Assembly: GCA_964234715.1 (NCBI GenBank)
Contig: OZ174275.1
DNA from: Podarcis melisellensis
Taxonomy: Eukaryota
Strand: one strand, 5' to 3'
Length of the DNA stretch: 64,000 nucleotides
Shown here piece by piece: positions 1 to 11,895 of this stretch (position 1 is the stretch's first letter; each line of letters starts with the position of its first letter). The notes beneath the pieces are model-generated. The model saw nothing but the letters and a program-made list of their open reading frames with translations. It was not told the DNA's origin and made no database searches. The position numbers were made by a program, and so were the translations under genes.

Positions 1-41
1 AACTCCGGAACAAATTAAGTGCTTAACCCGAGGTACCACTG
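1..41 (+). mobile_element. Right end of a pogo/Tigger-like MITE (family A), cut by the window edge
   Basis: Ends ...cttaacccgaggtaccactg followed by TA, like the end of the copy at 2978-3211. Confidence 0.85.
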
Positions 42-1222
42 TATTTCCCATGAGATAAAAAGTTTCTAGAGGGAAGCGATGTGTCTCAAGCTGCTCACTT
101 TACTGAATATCTGCTTCTTAAAATACTGTACAGACCTGCTTCCCCATGTATTACTTATTTAGGGGGTGTGCTGACATTCTATGTTCAAGGTGGCTAGCAA
201 CATGGAAAACCCCCACATAATTTCAACGTAGCAAAAGGAGTCATAATAAATAAAACACAAAAAATACACAACCAAATCGAATAATTTCCATGGAAATCAT
301 AAGATCTAAAATAAACAAAAAAATAACATCACAGCAACAATCTAACCCACCCACCCCCAAAAACAATACCCTGGCCCCAGTGTCTGTTCAGTAGCCTCAG
401 CTTTGCATCCTCAGCTTTTGTAGCTGGAGTCAGTCGCCTACATCCTTCCAGCCCAGGTAGAAAAGGGCCTGCAGGGCAGGGAGCAGGTCTTCTAGGACTC
501 ACAGCAAAGTTAAGAATTCCTTCTGAGCTATCACGGGCCTTTTGTTGTGCTTACAGTAGCTCTTTGGATCTGTGGTCATTGCTGCTTAATAATCATATTT
601 TAATGCTATGTCAGAGTAGATCACGTTGGTTGAAACCAGATTCTATGGGCTACTCTGCTGGTTCAGTGACTTAAAGGCGTAGACTTGAGGAAACGGTTAG
701 TGAAATAAGGATGCTGTTCGTCATGCTAGTTCCTTGCTCCTAGAGTGGTGTTTGTATGTGCATTTGCAAGTGTGTTTGTACGGACCACATTTTTTGTACA
801 AAAGAAAAGGTGAGTAATGGTGAGTAACAGCAAACTTGGCAGGTTAACCTGCCTGTTTATGTAGCACAGGATTTTACATTGCACCACAGACTTACAATGG
901 AGGGATTGGGATATTTATGAGATATGGGAAGTGGATGAATCAATGGGATGCAGAAGGTGTCCTGACTCTTCTTACTCAAAGCCAATGGCCTCGCAGTCAG
1001 CCCTCTTTCACTCTCCCCAATTCAGAACAGAATACCCCAACCTCCACACTTGGACCTGGCTTTCCAAGCACCGCTGTTTGTTACTCGTGTTCATTGTCAT
1101 CCCCATTTTTGATAGCCCAGGTGTTTGGAGCTTACATGGGGGAAAGAACAAGGCCACACCATCTCCCTGCATTACATCACTGTCTCCTGGTACAACTCCC
1201 CTCCATGTTGTATTGAGTGGTA

Positions 1223-1367
1223 CCATATTTGAGAGGGGTCAATGCGCACCGACCCCTCTTGCTCTCCAGGCTTCAGCGAAAGCTTGCATTCGCCCCATAG
1301 GACGCACACACATTTCCCCTTCATTTTTGGAGGGGAACAAGTGCGTCCTATAGGGCGAAAAATACGG
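1223..1367 (-). mobile_element. Internally deleted Tc2-type MITE (family B)
   Basis: TA|ccatattt ... gtgcgtcctatagggcgaaaaatacgg|TA. The body is the reverse complement of the left part of 36449-36938. Confidence 0.85.
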
Positions 1368-1974
1368 TATATAGGCCAACATACACAGGCCTATTATGCA
1401 GTCTAGAACTCTGATCGTGCAGTGTTCTAAGTCACATGGTAAAACCTCACATGTAGAGCAGGCTTCCCACTTTAGACTTTCAAAATGTCTCTCTCTGTGT
1501 AAGGAGGAATAGATATGAGGTTTTCTTTCCAGTGGGACTAAAGGAAGAGAGTTACATACAGAGCTGATTTTGGGGGCCAAAGCTCACAGCATTTTTGGGG
1601 ATGCTGACTGTCTTTAGAAATCTAATATGGGAACATGGATGAGGTTTGTTGGAGTGTTTAAATTCAACCCCCTACCTGTATATTTGTAAATAAAACTCAT
1701 TTATTATAGCAATATATGTATTCTGCAACCTTTGTCCAAGGGAAGCATACCTTGGTTGAGTGCTGCTCTTTTGGAATATCTTGCTGCCTGTAGTCGTGGA
1801 AGGAGCACAATCATGGTATGCTCAGGTGTCTTCATTCTGAGTCCAGTGTTCAAAATTTGCCAGGTGCATTTTGCGACTGGCACGTGGCCAACTGTGGCCA
1901 TTGGAGATCTCTGGATGCCAAGTTGGCTACTGATATTTCCATTTGGCTGTCCCCTCCAGCTTTCTGGATCTGTC

Positions 1975-2562
1975 TGGAGTGTCAACACAAGGGGGCTTGT
2001 GAAGAAGGTGCAGCAGAAACTGTACTTTTTGAGAATTCTAAGGAAAAACCATCTTCCACAGAAACTGCTGCTTGTCTTCTATCACTGTGCCATTGAGAGC
2101 GTGCTCACTTATGGCTTATGTGTGTGGTACGGAAGCTGTACTACCCAGGACAGGATGTGGTTGTGCAGAGTTGTTAAGGCAGCAGAGAGCATTGTTGGCT
2201 GCCCACTCTCCACCTTAGAGCAGATTTATGCCACAAGGTGCCATAGGAAGGCACTGGACATAGTTAAAGATCCATCGCATCCTGGTCACTGTCTCTTCGA
2301 GCTCCTGCCGTCGGGACGGAGATACAGGACGATGAAGACAAGAACGAGCCGTCTTAAGAACAGCTTCTTCTCCAGAGCGATCTCGGCCCTGAATGGGAAG
2401 CCTGGACTTTGAAAGTCATCTAATCTTCCTTGCTGTATTATACTGTATTGTTTTAATTAGTGTTTTTATAGTTGTTTTGATTTTGTGTGGAGTGCCCTAC
2501 CTGGGTGGATGGAGCAGCCAAGTAATTTCGTTGTCCCCGAGAGGGGGCAATGACAATAAATA

Positions 2563-2611
<49 letters not shown>

Positions 2612-2620
2612 TTATTATTA
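1975..2620 (+). mobile_element. 5'-truncated Rex1/Babar-type LINE (ORF2 C-terminus, 3' UTR, AATAAA, (TAT)n tail)
   Basis: WSVNTRGLVKKVQQKLYFLRILRK...FYHCAIESVLTYGLCVWYGSC...DPSHPGHCLFELLPSGRRYR...RLKNSFF is typical of the Rex1/Babar post-RT region. Stop at 2410-2412, aatgacaataaa ends at 2560, then a microsatellite tail. Confidence 0.9.
2563..2620. repeat. (TAT)n microsatellite, tail of the Rex-like LINE
   Basis: Seen directly; explains the poly-Ile run in ORF 2393..2833. Confidence 0.95.
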
Positions 2621-2688
2621 TTTCTTAAACAGGTGAGCAAAATATCTTATTTATTGCATATATACCCCACATTTTTCTCCAAGAATTA

Positions 2689-2848
2689 CAGGTGTCTCCC
2701 CGCTTGCGCACCATCAGCACATGCGCTTCCACTGACATACGTGCCATTTTTGGCACTGAAAGGGCCAGGGGAATTCCCACTCCCGTGCCACCTAGTGACA
2801 TGTGCAGCAGCTGGGAACAGAACCCCTGCGTAAGTGGGGATTCCCTTG
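2689..2848. mobile_element. TA-flanked Tc1/mariner-superfamily MITE (family C)
   Basis: TA|caggtgtctccccgcttgcgca ... tgcgtaagtggggattcccttg|TA, imperfect ~22-bp TIRs. Removing it restores SINE continuity. Confidence 0.7.
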
Positions 2849-2977
2849 TACATGGTTCACCCCTGCTCCTCAGTTAATCCCGACAGTAAACCAGTGAGGT
2901 AGAGGCTGTGACTGGCCCAAGGTCACCCAGTGAGTTTCATGATCTACCAGGTCCTAGTCTGACACTCTTAACCACTA

Positions 2978-3211
2978 CAGTGGTACCTCAGGTTACATAC
3001 GCTTCAGGTTACATACGCTTCAGGTTACAGGCTCCACTAACCCAGAAATAGTACCTTGGGTTAAGAACTTTGCTTCAGGATGAGACCAGAAACCGTGCTC
3101 CATTGGCGCAGCGGGAGGCCCCATTAGCTTCAGGTGCTTCAGGTTAAGAACAGTTTCAGGTTACGAGCGGACCACCGGAACGAATTTAGTACTTCACCCA
3201 AGGTACCACTG
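2978..3211 (+). mobile_element. pogo/Tigger-like MITE (family A)
   Basis: TIRs cagtggtacct / aggtaccactg with TA TSD; internal cttcaggtta repeats. Five copies in the window. Strand is relative orientation only. Confidence 0.92.
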
Positions 3212-4049
3212 TATACCACACTGGCTTCCTAGAGTATTTCTGCTATGGGGCAGCTCTATAAATTGTTGGTAAATAAATATGGGAAATCAGAATGTCACTT
3301 AGAGAAGAATCTGAAAGATTTCCCTTGAAGCTTGATTTTGTTTTATTCTGGATTGCTTCAGTTGATATTTCAATGTGTTGTTAACTGTTTTGAGATCTTT
3401 CCTTTAAAATATAAAGCTGTATAGAAATGAAATGTATACTAATAATGATAATAATAAATTCCAGTGCAAAAGACACCACAGCAACGTGCCTAGACATTCT
3501 GTTGTAGTGACCATAACCTTGGTTTAAGGTCCCATTTGGTGACTAGCTAATATATCTGAGTTTCTAACTCTGGCTGAGCCTCTAGTTCTGCCTTTTGCGT
3601 CAGAAATGCCCATTGTTATGGGGAGTTTGAATATATTCTGTTGTAAGTGAATGCTGAAAATATTCCTACTACAACTTGGGAAGAAAATCAGTTGTCCCCA
3701 GAGTGCTTCATCAATATGGCCACAGTTATTTGGCCTTTGGAGCAGGTAATTTAATCTGCTGAAACAGAAACTCACGACTACATCCATTCTTTTTGTGTCC
3801 TCTTTCCCTAGAAGGTTTTGGGTACCTTTTCAACTTTCTTTAGTTTCCCCTTAATGTTCTCCCTAATCACAATTCAGAAAAAAACTGCCGTTCAAAGGGA
3901 ACAAAAGTGAACCATCTAGCACAAAATTGATGTCTATATGTCCAGTATATTGTCTGGCATTCATTTTAGTTTTCATAAAGAAAAAGATTCAGAAGCAGAC
4001 AGCTCTGTGAATAAGTACATGTAAATGTGTTTGTTAAAGAAACTTGGAT

Positions 4050-4370
4050 TAAGAACATAAAAGTGGTGTTGCTGGAACAAGTCTAACATGTATCCTGACA
4101 GTAGCCAGTCACGTACTGTTGGAGTTCTTGCCGACAGGACACTACGCTACAGCCATATCGTGCTGTTTACCCCTAGTGATCAGAGTTAAATTGCTTATAA
4201 GCATTGGGACTTCATTTCTTTTTTTTATGTCAGCTGAATTTGTCTAATTCACTATTTTAAAAAGCTTTCAAAGCTTATAACCATCACAAGGAATAGCAAA
4301 TTCTATGTCAATTATGGGGTGAAGAAGAAATTCGTTTTGCCTGCCCTGAATTTATCTACTGCCCATTTTA
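4050..4370 (-). mobile_element. Old CR1 LINE 3' fragment
   Basis: aagaacataaaag tail and gaagaagaaattcgttttgcctgccctgaatt resemble the reverse complement of the CR1 ORF2 end. Heavily diverged, boundaries approximate. Confidence 0.45.
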
Positions 4371-4889
4371 CTGCATGACCTCATCACTGAAAGGTTCTCA
4401 TAGTTATCACTATACGTTAAAGATCTTTTAAGTCTTTCAGGAGTCCTAAATCTTTCAGCATACAAGCATCTCTCTTTCTGGTGGTTGACAAAAGTTGGCC
4501 AGGCCAGTTATGTGAACCCAAAACATTCAACAGATTTGTCATTGTGCTTTAGTGTTCAAGTAGTTTCAGAAACAGTCAGTTGTGCATTGATAGATAAATG
4601 TGAGCACATGGAAGTTAAACTTGCACTGATAGTGTTTAGATATTAGTTCACATTGTATTGCTCATATAATAAGGGATTATGAGGAATTTAGGGGAGGAGT
4701 TGGAGCTTAGAGCACAGAAATAACGCAACTAAAGTTGAGAAAATTAGAAAGTGGTTCAGTCTATGACACTAAAATGCAACTTATAAATATTTATCAATAT
4801 ACACTCAGATAAACTTAGTAATAATGGCCTACAGCTGCTCTTCAAGAAGGCAGCAGCAAAAACAAACACACAACACAACACAACAACAA

Positions 4890-6310
4890 CCCTGGAAGGG
4901 ATTTAATAGGTTAGATCTGAAATATGTCAATAAAATTAAGGAAGTTTGTGCCCTGTCATGCCTAGCAGAATAAAAAACATGAACTTGGTTATGAAAAGGA
5001 TGAATTAAATGCTAGCAGTTATGCTGAAAGTGCAGGGGTAGCAAAAATACTTTTTTGATTACTGTTAATTAATCTTTATAACATTTGAATGTCTTGTCAT
5101 TCCATATCCCGAAGGCTTTGAATGAATCGCAGCATTTTAAAATTAAATGTTAAATAAATAAAGTTAAATAACTCCACACGGACGTGGAAATGTTATGTAA
5201 TGGATTACATCAAATTTTGTGGAAGACATTAATTTACTTAATTTAGCAAATCTTGAAGGAAATGAGATTGAGGGTTTCTTATGAAGTAATTAACGAAGCA
5301 GTTAAATGCTAAGTATTAGTGTCTCTTCTGTGCTGAAGGTAGCTTGGCATCTTGGTTTTGCAATTTTATGTTGCATTTACAGGCTGTGGCATTAAAAAAC
5401 ACTTTTGCTTTTATGTTACTATGGGGAGATACTCACATATCTCCATGCTGATTGAGAGCACATTTTTGCAGATACAGGGTACAGTCTACCTTTAATGAAC
5501 ACAGAGAACAATTAAAACTTCTAAAAACAGATTTAGACTGAGAAATATCTCAAAATGCTTCTGAAAGGGCTAGGACTTCATTAGGCACTGAAAAGACAAC
5601 AGAGATGGCACCTAACTAGTATTTAATTAGAGGGAATTCTAAAGGGTACGAGCAATGGCACTAATGGCTAAATTCCTATATAGTTTGGAACAGACCTTTC
5701 CTGCAAAGTACAGTGATTGATTGGATATACGAGGTGTGGGATAATCCTTTAGGTCAGTGTTTCCAAACTTGGGTCTCCAGCTGTTTTTGGACTACAATTC
5801 CCATAATCCCTGAGTGCTGGTTCTGCTAGCTAGGGATGATGGGAGTTATCAAAAAACAGCTGGAGACCCAAATTTGGGAAACACTGCTCCAGGTCTTGAG
5901 TATTTGGTAAGATGAGAATATTCAATTTAGGTACAATCGATTAGCTCTAGGGCAATCATACTAATAAGGAAATTCAAGGGATTTTATTTTGCACTGGAGT
6001 ATTAAACACATTTTAAAATCAATTTTTGAGGGGAAATGCAGTACCATGAAGCCCAACATACAAATTATCTATTGATGACAAGAATAGAAACTAATTGGAA
6101 GAAGGATAAATTGAGATATCTCCAATTCCCATCCTTTAGGGTTTAATAATGGTACCATAAATAGTAGCTCAATTTCTTGGATCTTTGCAGCATAATCAGC
6201 AGATTGACTTCTTGATTTTGAGAAGTAAATATGCTCAGTCGACAGCTTGTTCTTGAGAACCCTCTTGGTGGACCCAAAGCTTCTCACCATTCAGAAATAG
6301 TGAGGGATAT
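4890..6310 (+). mobile_element. Highly decayed L1/Tx1-clade reverse transcriptase remnant
   Basis: Ordered degenerate motifs across frames: KGFNRLDLKYV (cf. KAFDRV.W.YL), VQG (cf. RQG), FVEDINLLNLAN (cf. FADD.LL.L.N), TYL (cf. KYLG), LLKTDLD. A-rich sense strand. Boundaries approximate. Confidence 0.35.
5755..5886. mobile_element. Palindromic hAT-type MITE
   Basis: cagtgtttccaaacttgggtctccagctgttttt ... aaaaacagctggagacccaaatttgggaaacactg, with imperfect 8-bp TSD ctttaggt/ctccaggt. Confidence 0.85.
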
Positions 6311-6704
6311 TTTTGAGCTATACACTAATTTGACCTTAAATTTAGTGAATGTGGCATTTTATTTTAAAACACTTACTAGAAATATTAAGACCTACATGAA
6401 TTAAACGTAATGTATGTGTTTAAAGATTAGGACTGAAAATTACTATTTCAGAGCCTGTTTAGATCTCCAGTCCAGCAGATCCCAAGCAGTTTCAATATCC
6501 AGGCTAAGGGAAATTTATGTAGTTTAAAATATTCTATACTGTTTTTCTTAAAGAAAAAAATCAACATAGAGTACACAAGGACACAGTATCAGATAGATCA
6601 CGCAAAATAAAAATAATCAGTAAATCCAACAGCAACAGAAATAATCAGTTAGCCATTACTGATCAACCAGTTGGATCTCATCTCGACCATGAACTCACTT
6701 GGTG

Positions 6705-6825
6705 GCATTAAGTGGGGAACTTGTGGCCCTCCAGATATTGCCAGACTGCATCTCTGACCAACAGCTATGCTGCCTGGGACTGATGGAGTCCAACAACATA
6801 TTGAGGGCCACAGATTTCTGACTCT
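6705..6825. mobile_element. Degraded palindromic hAT-type MITE
   Basis: tgtggccctccagatattg ... caacatattgagggccaca inverted ends. Similar decayed copies at ~15520-15635, ~29190-29305 and ~43340-43460. Confidence 0.55.
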
Positions 6826-7639
6826 TGAATTATTGAGAGAATGTTACGTGAAGTGCTTTGATCACTCAAAAACTCCATGTGGGTATGAAGTATTCATTAT
6901 CACTCACTTGGATATTTATATTCTGTTTGCAATGAAGACAGTGTAGAAAAGAAAATCGGCTTAGGAACCACACCAGATTACACTGCACATAGACGTGTGC
7001 ATTTGTCGGGGTGGGGGGAGAGATTGGTAATGTATGAAGTGCTGCTGGTATGTTATGAAGTAATCTCATGCGCTTTTCTTTTGCAGTTGGTAGCTTCCTT
7101 AACTGATATTTCAGCTTCCTCAAAACTGTTCTCAACCCCTAAAAAGGAGCACTATTCTGTTTTCTTCCTCCTCTCTTCCAATGTTTGAGCCTATATCTGA
7201 TCAGCATCTAGGAGAGAGTGTTTTGAAAGTAAAATATGTGCTTTTAGGGAACAGCTCCTTTAATTTGTTGATAATTGCAAGCGTAGATATTATCTCCGTT
7301 CCTTTGACATCATACCCGTGGTTTGTTTATATACTCTTTCATTGGTGATTTCAGGTTAGTTGTCAAAAATAAAATAATAAATACATATAAGACAGACAGA
7401 TAAAATACAAACTGAGGAGCGTAAAGTACTGGAGATGGTCATAATGTTTTAAGTGCCTGCATAAATGTTTTTGCCTGGTGTCTAAAAGACAGCAATGTTG
7501 GTGTCAGGCATACCTCCCTGAGGGAGGGCATTATATTTACATGCCTGTTACCCATAATTAATGCTAACAAAAGTTCTCTCTGTTAGAGTTTACAAACCTG
7601 CTTCAGATACAGCAGTTCATACTCCCTTTATTTGCCAGC

Positions 7640-7950
7640 CTTAAGGTCTTCTGAGTGTTGGAAGACTCAGGACAGACAAAAGAAATACTTCTTCACACAG
7701 CGTTAAATTAAACAATAGGATTCACTCTCCCCAAAAGTAGTGGTGGCAATGAGAATTGGGCATTCATGGAGGATAGTGGCTGTTAGTCATGATGGCAGTG
7801 TTCTGCCTCTGTGTACCATTTGCTAGGAATCGCAAGTGGGGAAAGCGCTGTTACACTTAGGACATTTTTGTGAGCATCCTGTAGTCATCCGGTTGGTTAC
7901 TGCAAGAACTGGATGCTGAACTAGATGTTCCAGCTCTGCTTTTTATCTAA
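7640..7950 (+). mobile_element. Old CR1 LINE 3' fragment
   Basis: tcaggacagacaaaagaaatacttcttcacacagcg (RTDKR/YFFTQR-like), cattcatggagga, ggatgctgaactagatg. Confidence 0.65.
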
Positions 7951-8624
7951 TGACCGTGCCAGCGAGCTTGAAGGAAAGATGTGTTGGACTGTGCGCAAGA
8001 GAGAGATTTGAAGAGTAGTTGCAGATTGAAACTATGAGTATTTTGAAGGAGGGGATTATTTATGTTTCAATAAACCTTCAAGGAGCATCTCCTTTCCAGC
8101 CCATAATGACTCAGCCTGAGTTGTTTGCAGTGGCAAATTGTCACATTGTGAGAGAAAGAAACAAAAGCAGAAGTGAAGTAACTAGATGTACCAGATGTAC
8201 TAGATGTAACTAGCAGTAACTGTAAAAATAGGGTGTTTTGGTGTGGTTGCTTCACTTGTTTCCTCAATTCACCATGCCACCCAGTGTGCCATCTTGCTTT
8301 CTCCAAGGCACTGTCTGTTTCTTAAGGGAGATACCACATTTTCATTACTCAGTGGACATGTTCATGGTACTGTCAGATTGAATAAGCTACTGAAAATTTA
8401 TTGATGTTCTGTGCAGCTGAGAAGCAGGATATTAAAACTTAAAAGACTTAGAAATATAATAGATTTTATTGAAAATAATAAAAGTTGTTCTGAATTTAGC
8501 ATTTTGGTCGTACTGCTTAATTCTGTCTTCATTATCCATGCATATAAATTTGTAGTCTAGGAGCTAATCTTTCAACAGACTTATTGCGTGTTTTATAGGC
8601 TGCAGGTCTCCACTATGATTAGTA

Positions 8625-8850
8625 CAGTGGTACTTCAAGTTAAGTACTTAATTTGTTCCGGAGGTCCGTTCTTAACCTGAAACTGTTCTTAACCGGAAGC
8701 ACCACTTTAGCTAATGGGGCCTCCTGCTGCTGCCGTGCCGCTGGACCCCGATTTCTGTTCTTATCCTGAAGCAAAGTTCTTAACCTGAAGCACTATTTCT
8801 GGCTTAGCGAAGTGTGTAATCTGAAGCGCATGTAACCTGAGGTACCACTG
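8625..8850 (-). mobile_element. pogo/Tigger-like MITE (family A), opposite orientation
   Basis: TA|cagtggtac ... gaggtaccactg|TA; reverse complement of the 2978 copy. Confidence 0.92.
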
Positions 8851-8944
8851 TATATCCAAAGGCTGCTGATGTTTGGTTGATGAACAAGACAAGCACCAGT
8901 GCCAGTAAATGTTTTTGAGTTTGTATAGTTGTAGGTTCTCTTAA

Positions 8945-9000
8945 CATATACATGACAGCCCTTTAGATATTTGAAGATGGTTATCATCTTTCCCCTCAAC
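8945..9000 (-). mobile_element. CR1 ORF2 micro-fragment
   Basis: Minus-strand translation LRGKMITIFKYLKGCH resembles the CR1 motif LRGDMI..FKYLKGCH. Confidence 0.7.
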
Positions 9001-11801
9001 ACAGTGAGATGAACTGTTGATGCAACAAAACATGGTACACAAACATGCATATGGCTTTTGAGGAGCTAGCTATATGTTGTGCAAAATTGCTTGATCCCAC
9101 TATTTAAAGAAAGACACAGACTCTTTTTGTGGGGGGATTTGATGGAAGTGGTGTGGGAAGGGATGCTTAACCCTTCCCTACCTGCTCTCTTGACCTGGGT
9201 CTCCAAGCTGTAGTTAAAGATGTATATTTACCTGCATTTAGAATCCTGGATGGTGGGAAACCACCCAAAGCCCCACCTCCGCCGGTTTATTTTAATTTTT
9301 AAAAAATGACATGAGAGCTTCATCATACATATTTGTGTGTTATGTGTCTTTTACTCCAGAATTGGGCATGATCCAGTCCACTGTGGGTACATTGCCCACA
9401 TTGAGCACAGTTGACAGTATCCAGAGGGAGAGCAAGATGTGAATATGGAGAAAATGCAGAGATTTCCTATTCACTCTGAAGTTCCATAGTGCTGCATTTA
9501 CACACTTTTTATGCATTTACAGGTAGATGGTGGGTGGGAAACAGGGCTTCATTGAGACTAAGTGAGTACTATGTGGGTGTTACACCCACAAATGGACCAG
9601 ATCAAGCTCCTAAAATTTAGGCCACCACATCAAATATTTTAAGTTCAAATTGTAAACTTGCTGTTGGAAAAAAGTAAAGTTATAATTTTACAAAGATAAT
9701 CTTATTTTTGAATTTCTGTTTGGTCCGTTGTTTGCCCTCAAGACCTTCAGCTGTAATGCAGCCACCCTTTATAGAGTATAATATTAGTGCAGCATCTCCA
9801 GCCAGCCCTCTGTGACCTTTATGCTTTATCACCTTAATCAAGCTACCTGCTTGACATTTTTAAAGGAAGATTTTTTCTCTTCTTGGCAGTTCTTGATGTG
9901 TATGGCATTATTCTTTAACTATAGATAATTTCCTAGGAATACGTGCATATTAAGAAGATACAAAAGGTCGGAGAAATCGTGAGCACTATTCAAAGCCCTT
10001 CAGAGTATTGCATTATAATTTGCAGCTCAAAAACCAAATGGTTTGCGCTAAAGTGCTGCAGCTGGAAAAATAGTCAAATCCATCATTTGATCCTGATCCA
10101 TGAGTCTCTTATCTATGATTCATAAATTTTGTACAGGCTTGGTAGCCAGTTAAAATTTGTGCTAAAGGTGGGGAGCAGGATCTTGATTGTGAAGTCACAC
10201 TGAGCGCTGCACTACAAGAACCAGCCTTTCCCCGGACAGCTTCAAGCTGAGAGTGGTGGACTGTGGTTCATTTTTGTTTTTCTGGTCTTCTGAGAGGCTC
10301 AGAAAGTAGCAAGAGATTTCACTTATTCAATGTGAAGTTTGCAACATCTCTTCTGTGCTTAGAGAAAGGAGAGGGGGAAGGTGCAAGGCATTGCACTGTC
10401 TCTAAAAAGGATTGCAAAGCAGGGAGGCATATTGTCACTTTTCAGTCCTTCAATCCGTGTGAAGTCTGAGCAGTGTGAAGTCTGGTAGGAGGTCTTGCAG
10501 GAAAAATATGTGCTTGTCAATGGTGAGCTGGCAACCATTCTCACATTTTTATCATGTGAACTCAACATTAAATATAATAAATAAGTTAATTGTGTACTGC
10601 ATCTATAAAAATCAGTTCCCAGCATCATGGGACTCGGGACTCTCAAGGGAGCTTTGCATTCTTGCCTTTTACATTCCACACAGTCAGTTTCATGAAAGGT
10701 ATTTTGCTAGTAATAAATTGGTAATGGAGACTATGTGTGAACTCAACCTAAAACGGCCAACAGAATATTCAGAAGAAAAACATGTAGTATTAAACAAGTG
10801 ATTCCTCTGAGGAAGAAGAAATCTCTTGATTTATGGCAATAGAACATTCTGCAAAACTCAAAACTGGCCGAAACATATAAATACTTTTTCTTGAGGGCTT
10901 AATATTGGGCTCCATTCCTAATACTTTGTTCCCTGTTGTCTGGGATCTGTATCTGCTACAGTGTGTATGTTTCCGCTCTCTGGATCAGCAACAGGAATTC
11001 TGTCATAAGGAATATATTAGTATATTTATTCATATGAAGTTATAGCAGTCTTAATAAAGATCTTTATCCGACCACATGTTATTCTTCAATAGCACACATG
11101 TAGAGAAGATATAAACATCCATTAAATGCCAATGTAGTATTTTAAAAACGCTGGATGCAGCAACTGGCAATTGGACCTGAACACTGCAGTCTTTGCTGCT
11201 TTTTTTGCAGTATCGCAAATAAGCAAATTCTTCCAATGTAGAAGCCATATTTATTTCAGGATTAGATTTAAGACTCCACTTTGAAAAACAAACAGGAAGG
11301 GAAAACATTAACTATTTCAGAAAAGGAAATGATATGCATCCACTTCTCCTTTTTATACATGAGACTAGATAAATCATTCAGATTTGGCACGTGAATTACC
11401 TGTCCAGTAATTCCTTGCAGCTGTGGCAGGTCTGATGTGCATACAGAGCTCTGAACCCTTACCACAGCTTCCCCTCCGCTTTCAGTAACATCTCTGTGTA
11501 GAAGACATGCCTATGTAGAGCTGTCCTCTCTTTCAAAATGATTGGAGAAGGCTGTTTATTTAGGTGCCTTGGGTGTTTAAGTCTGGATAGGAGTGTCAGC
11601 TGAAATTTTAGTTAAGCATGCAAACATTAGCACTGTTTTTAAAAGTTCTTACTCTGTTAATATCTGTCTATGTTTGTTTTACATATCCTGTAAGATGCAC
11701 TTCCTCAAAAGGAGGGTTACTTTTGTAATTGCTACTTTTTATGTCACATGTTTGGATACGCCTGTGTTTTCCTTGTAAAATTGCTATTCTTTTCCATTTA
11801 G

Positions 11802-11895
11802 GCCTCAGGGTAACTATGTTGCTGACATCATCCCTCATGGTGGTAGGAGCTGGCCTGAGATGTGTTCCTGTATCAGACCAAGAAACAAGGAAATG
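11802..11895 (+). CDS. SLC49A4: SLC49A4 exon 2 ([32 protein letters not shown])
   Basis: Acceptor ttcttttccatttag, donor tg|gtgaga, 94 nt. Not in the ORF track; translated by hand. Confidence 0.94.

Larger units (their letters stand above)
2645..3227 (-). mobile_element. Squamate tRNA-derived SINE (Squam3-like), interrupted by two MITEs
   Basis: After removing the inserts, the minus strand reads agccagtgtggtatagtggttaagagtgtcagactaggacctgg...catgaaactcactgggtgaccttgggccagtca...aaccatgta...ggagaaaaatgtggggtata. Family name is from memory. Confidence 0.7.

Noticed and set aside
1732-2412. 226-aa ORF as a host gene
   Set aside because: Only the part from ~1975 is recognisable, and it is Rex1/Babar ORF2. 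The upstream ~80 codons are chance open intron sequence.
2978-3211. Regularly spaced cttcaggtta repeats as a CRISPR-like array
   Set aside because: Eukaryotic context; these are subterminal and internal repeats of the family A MITE, recurring in every copy.
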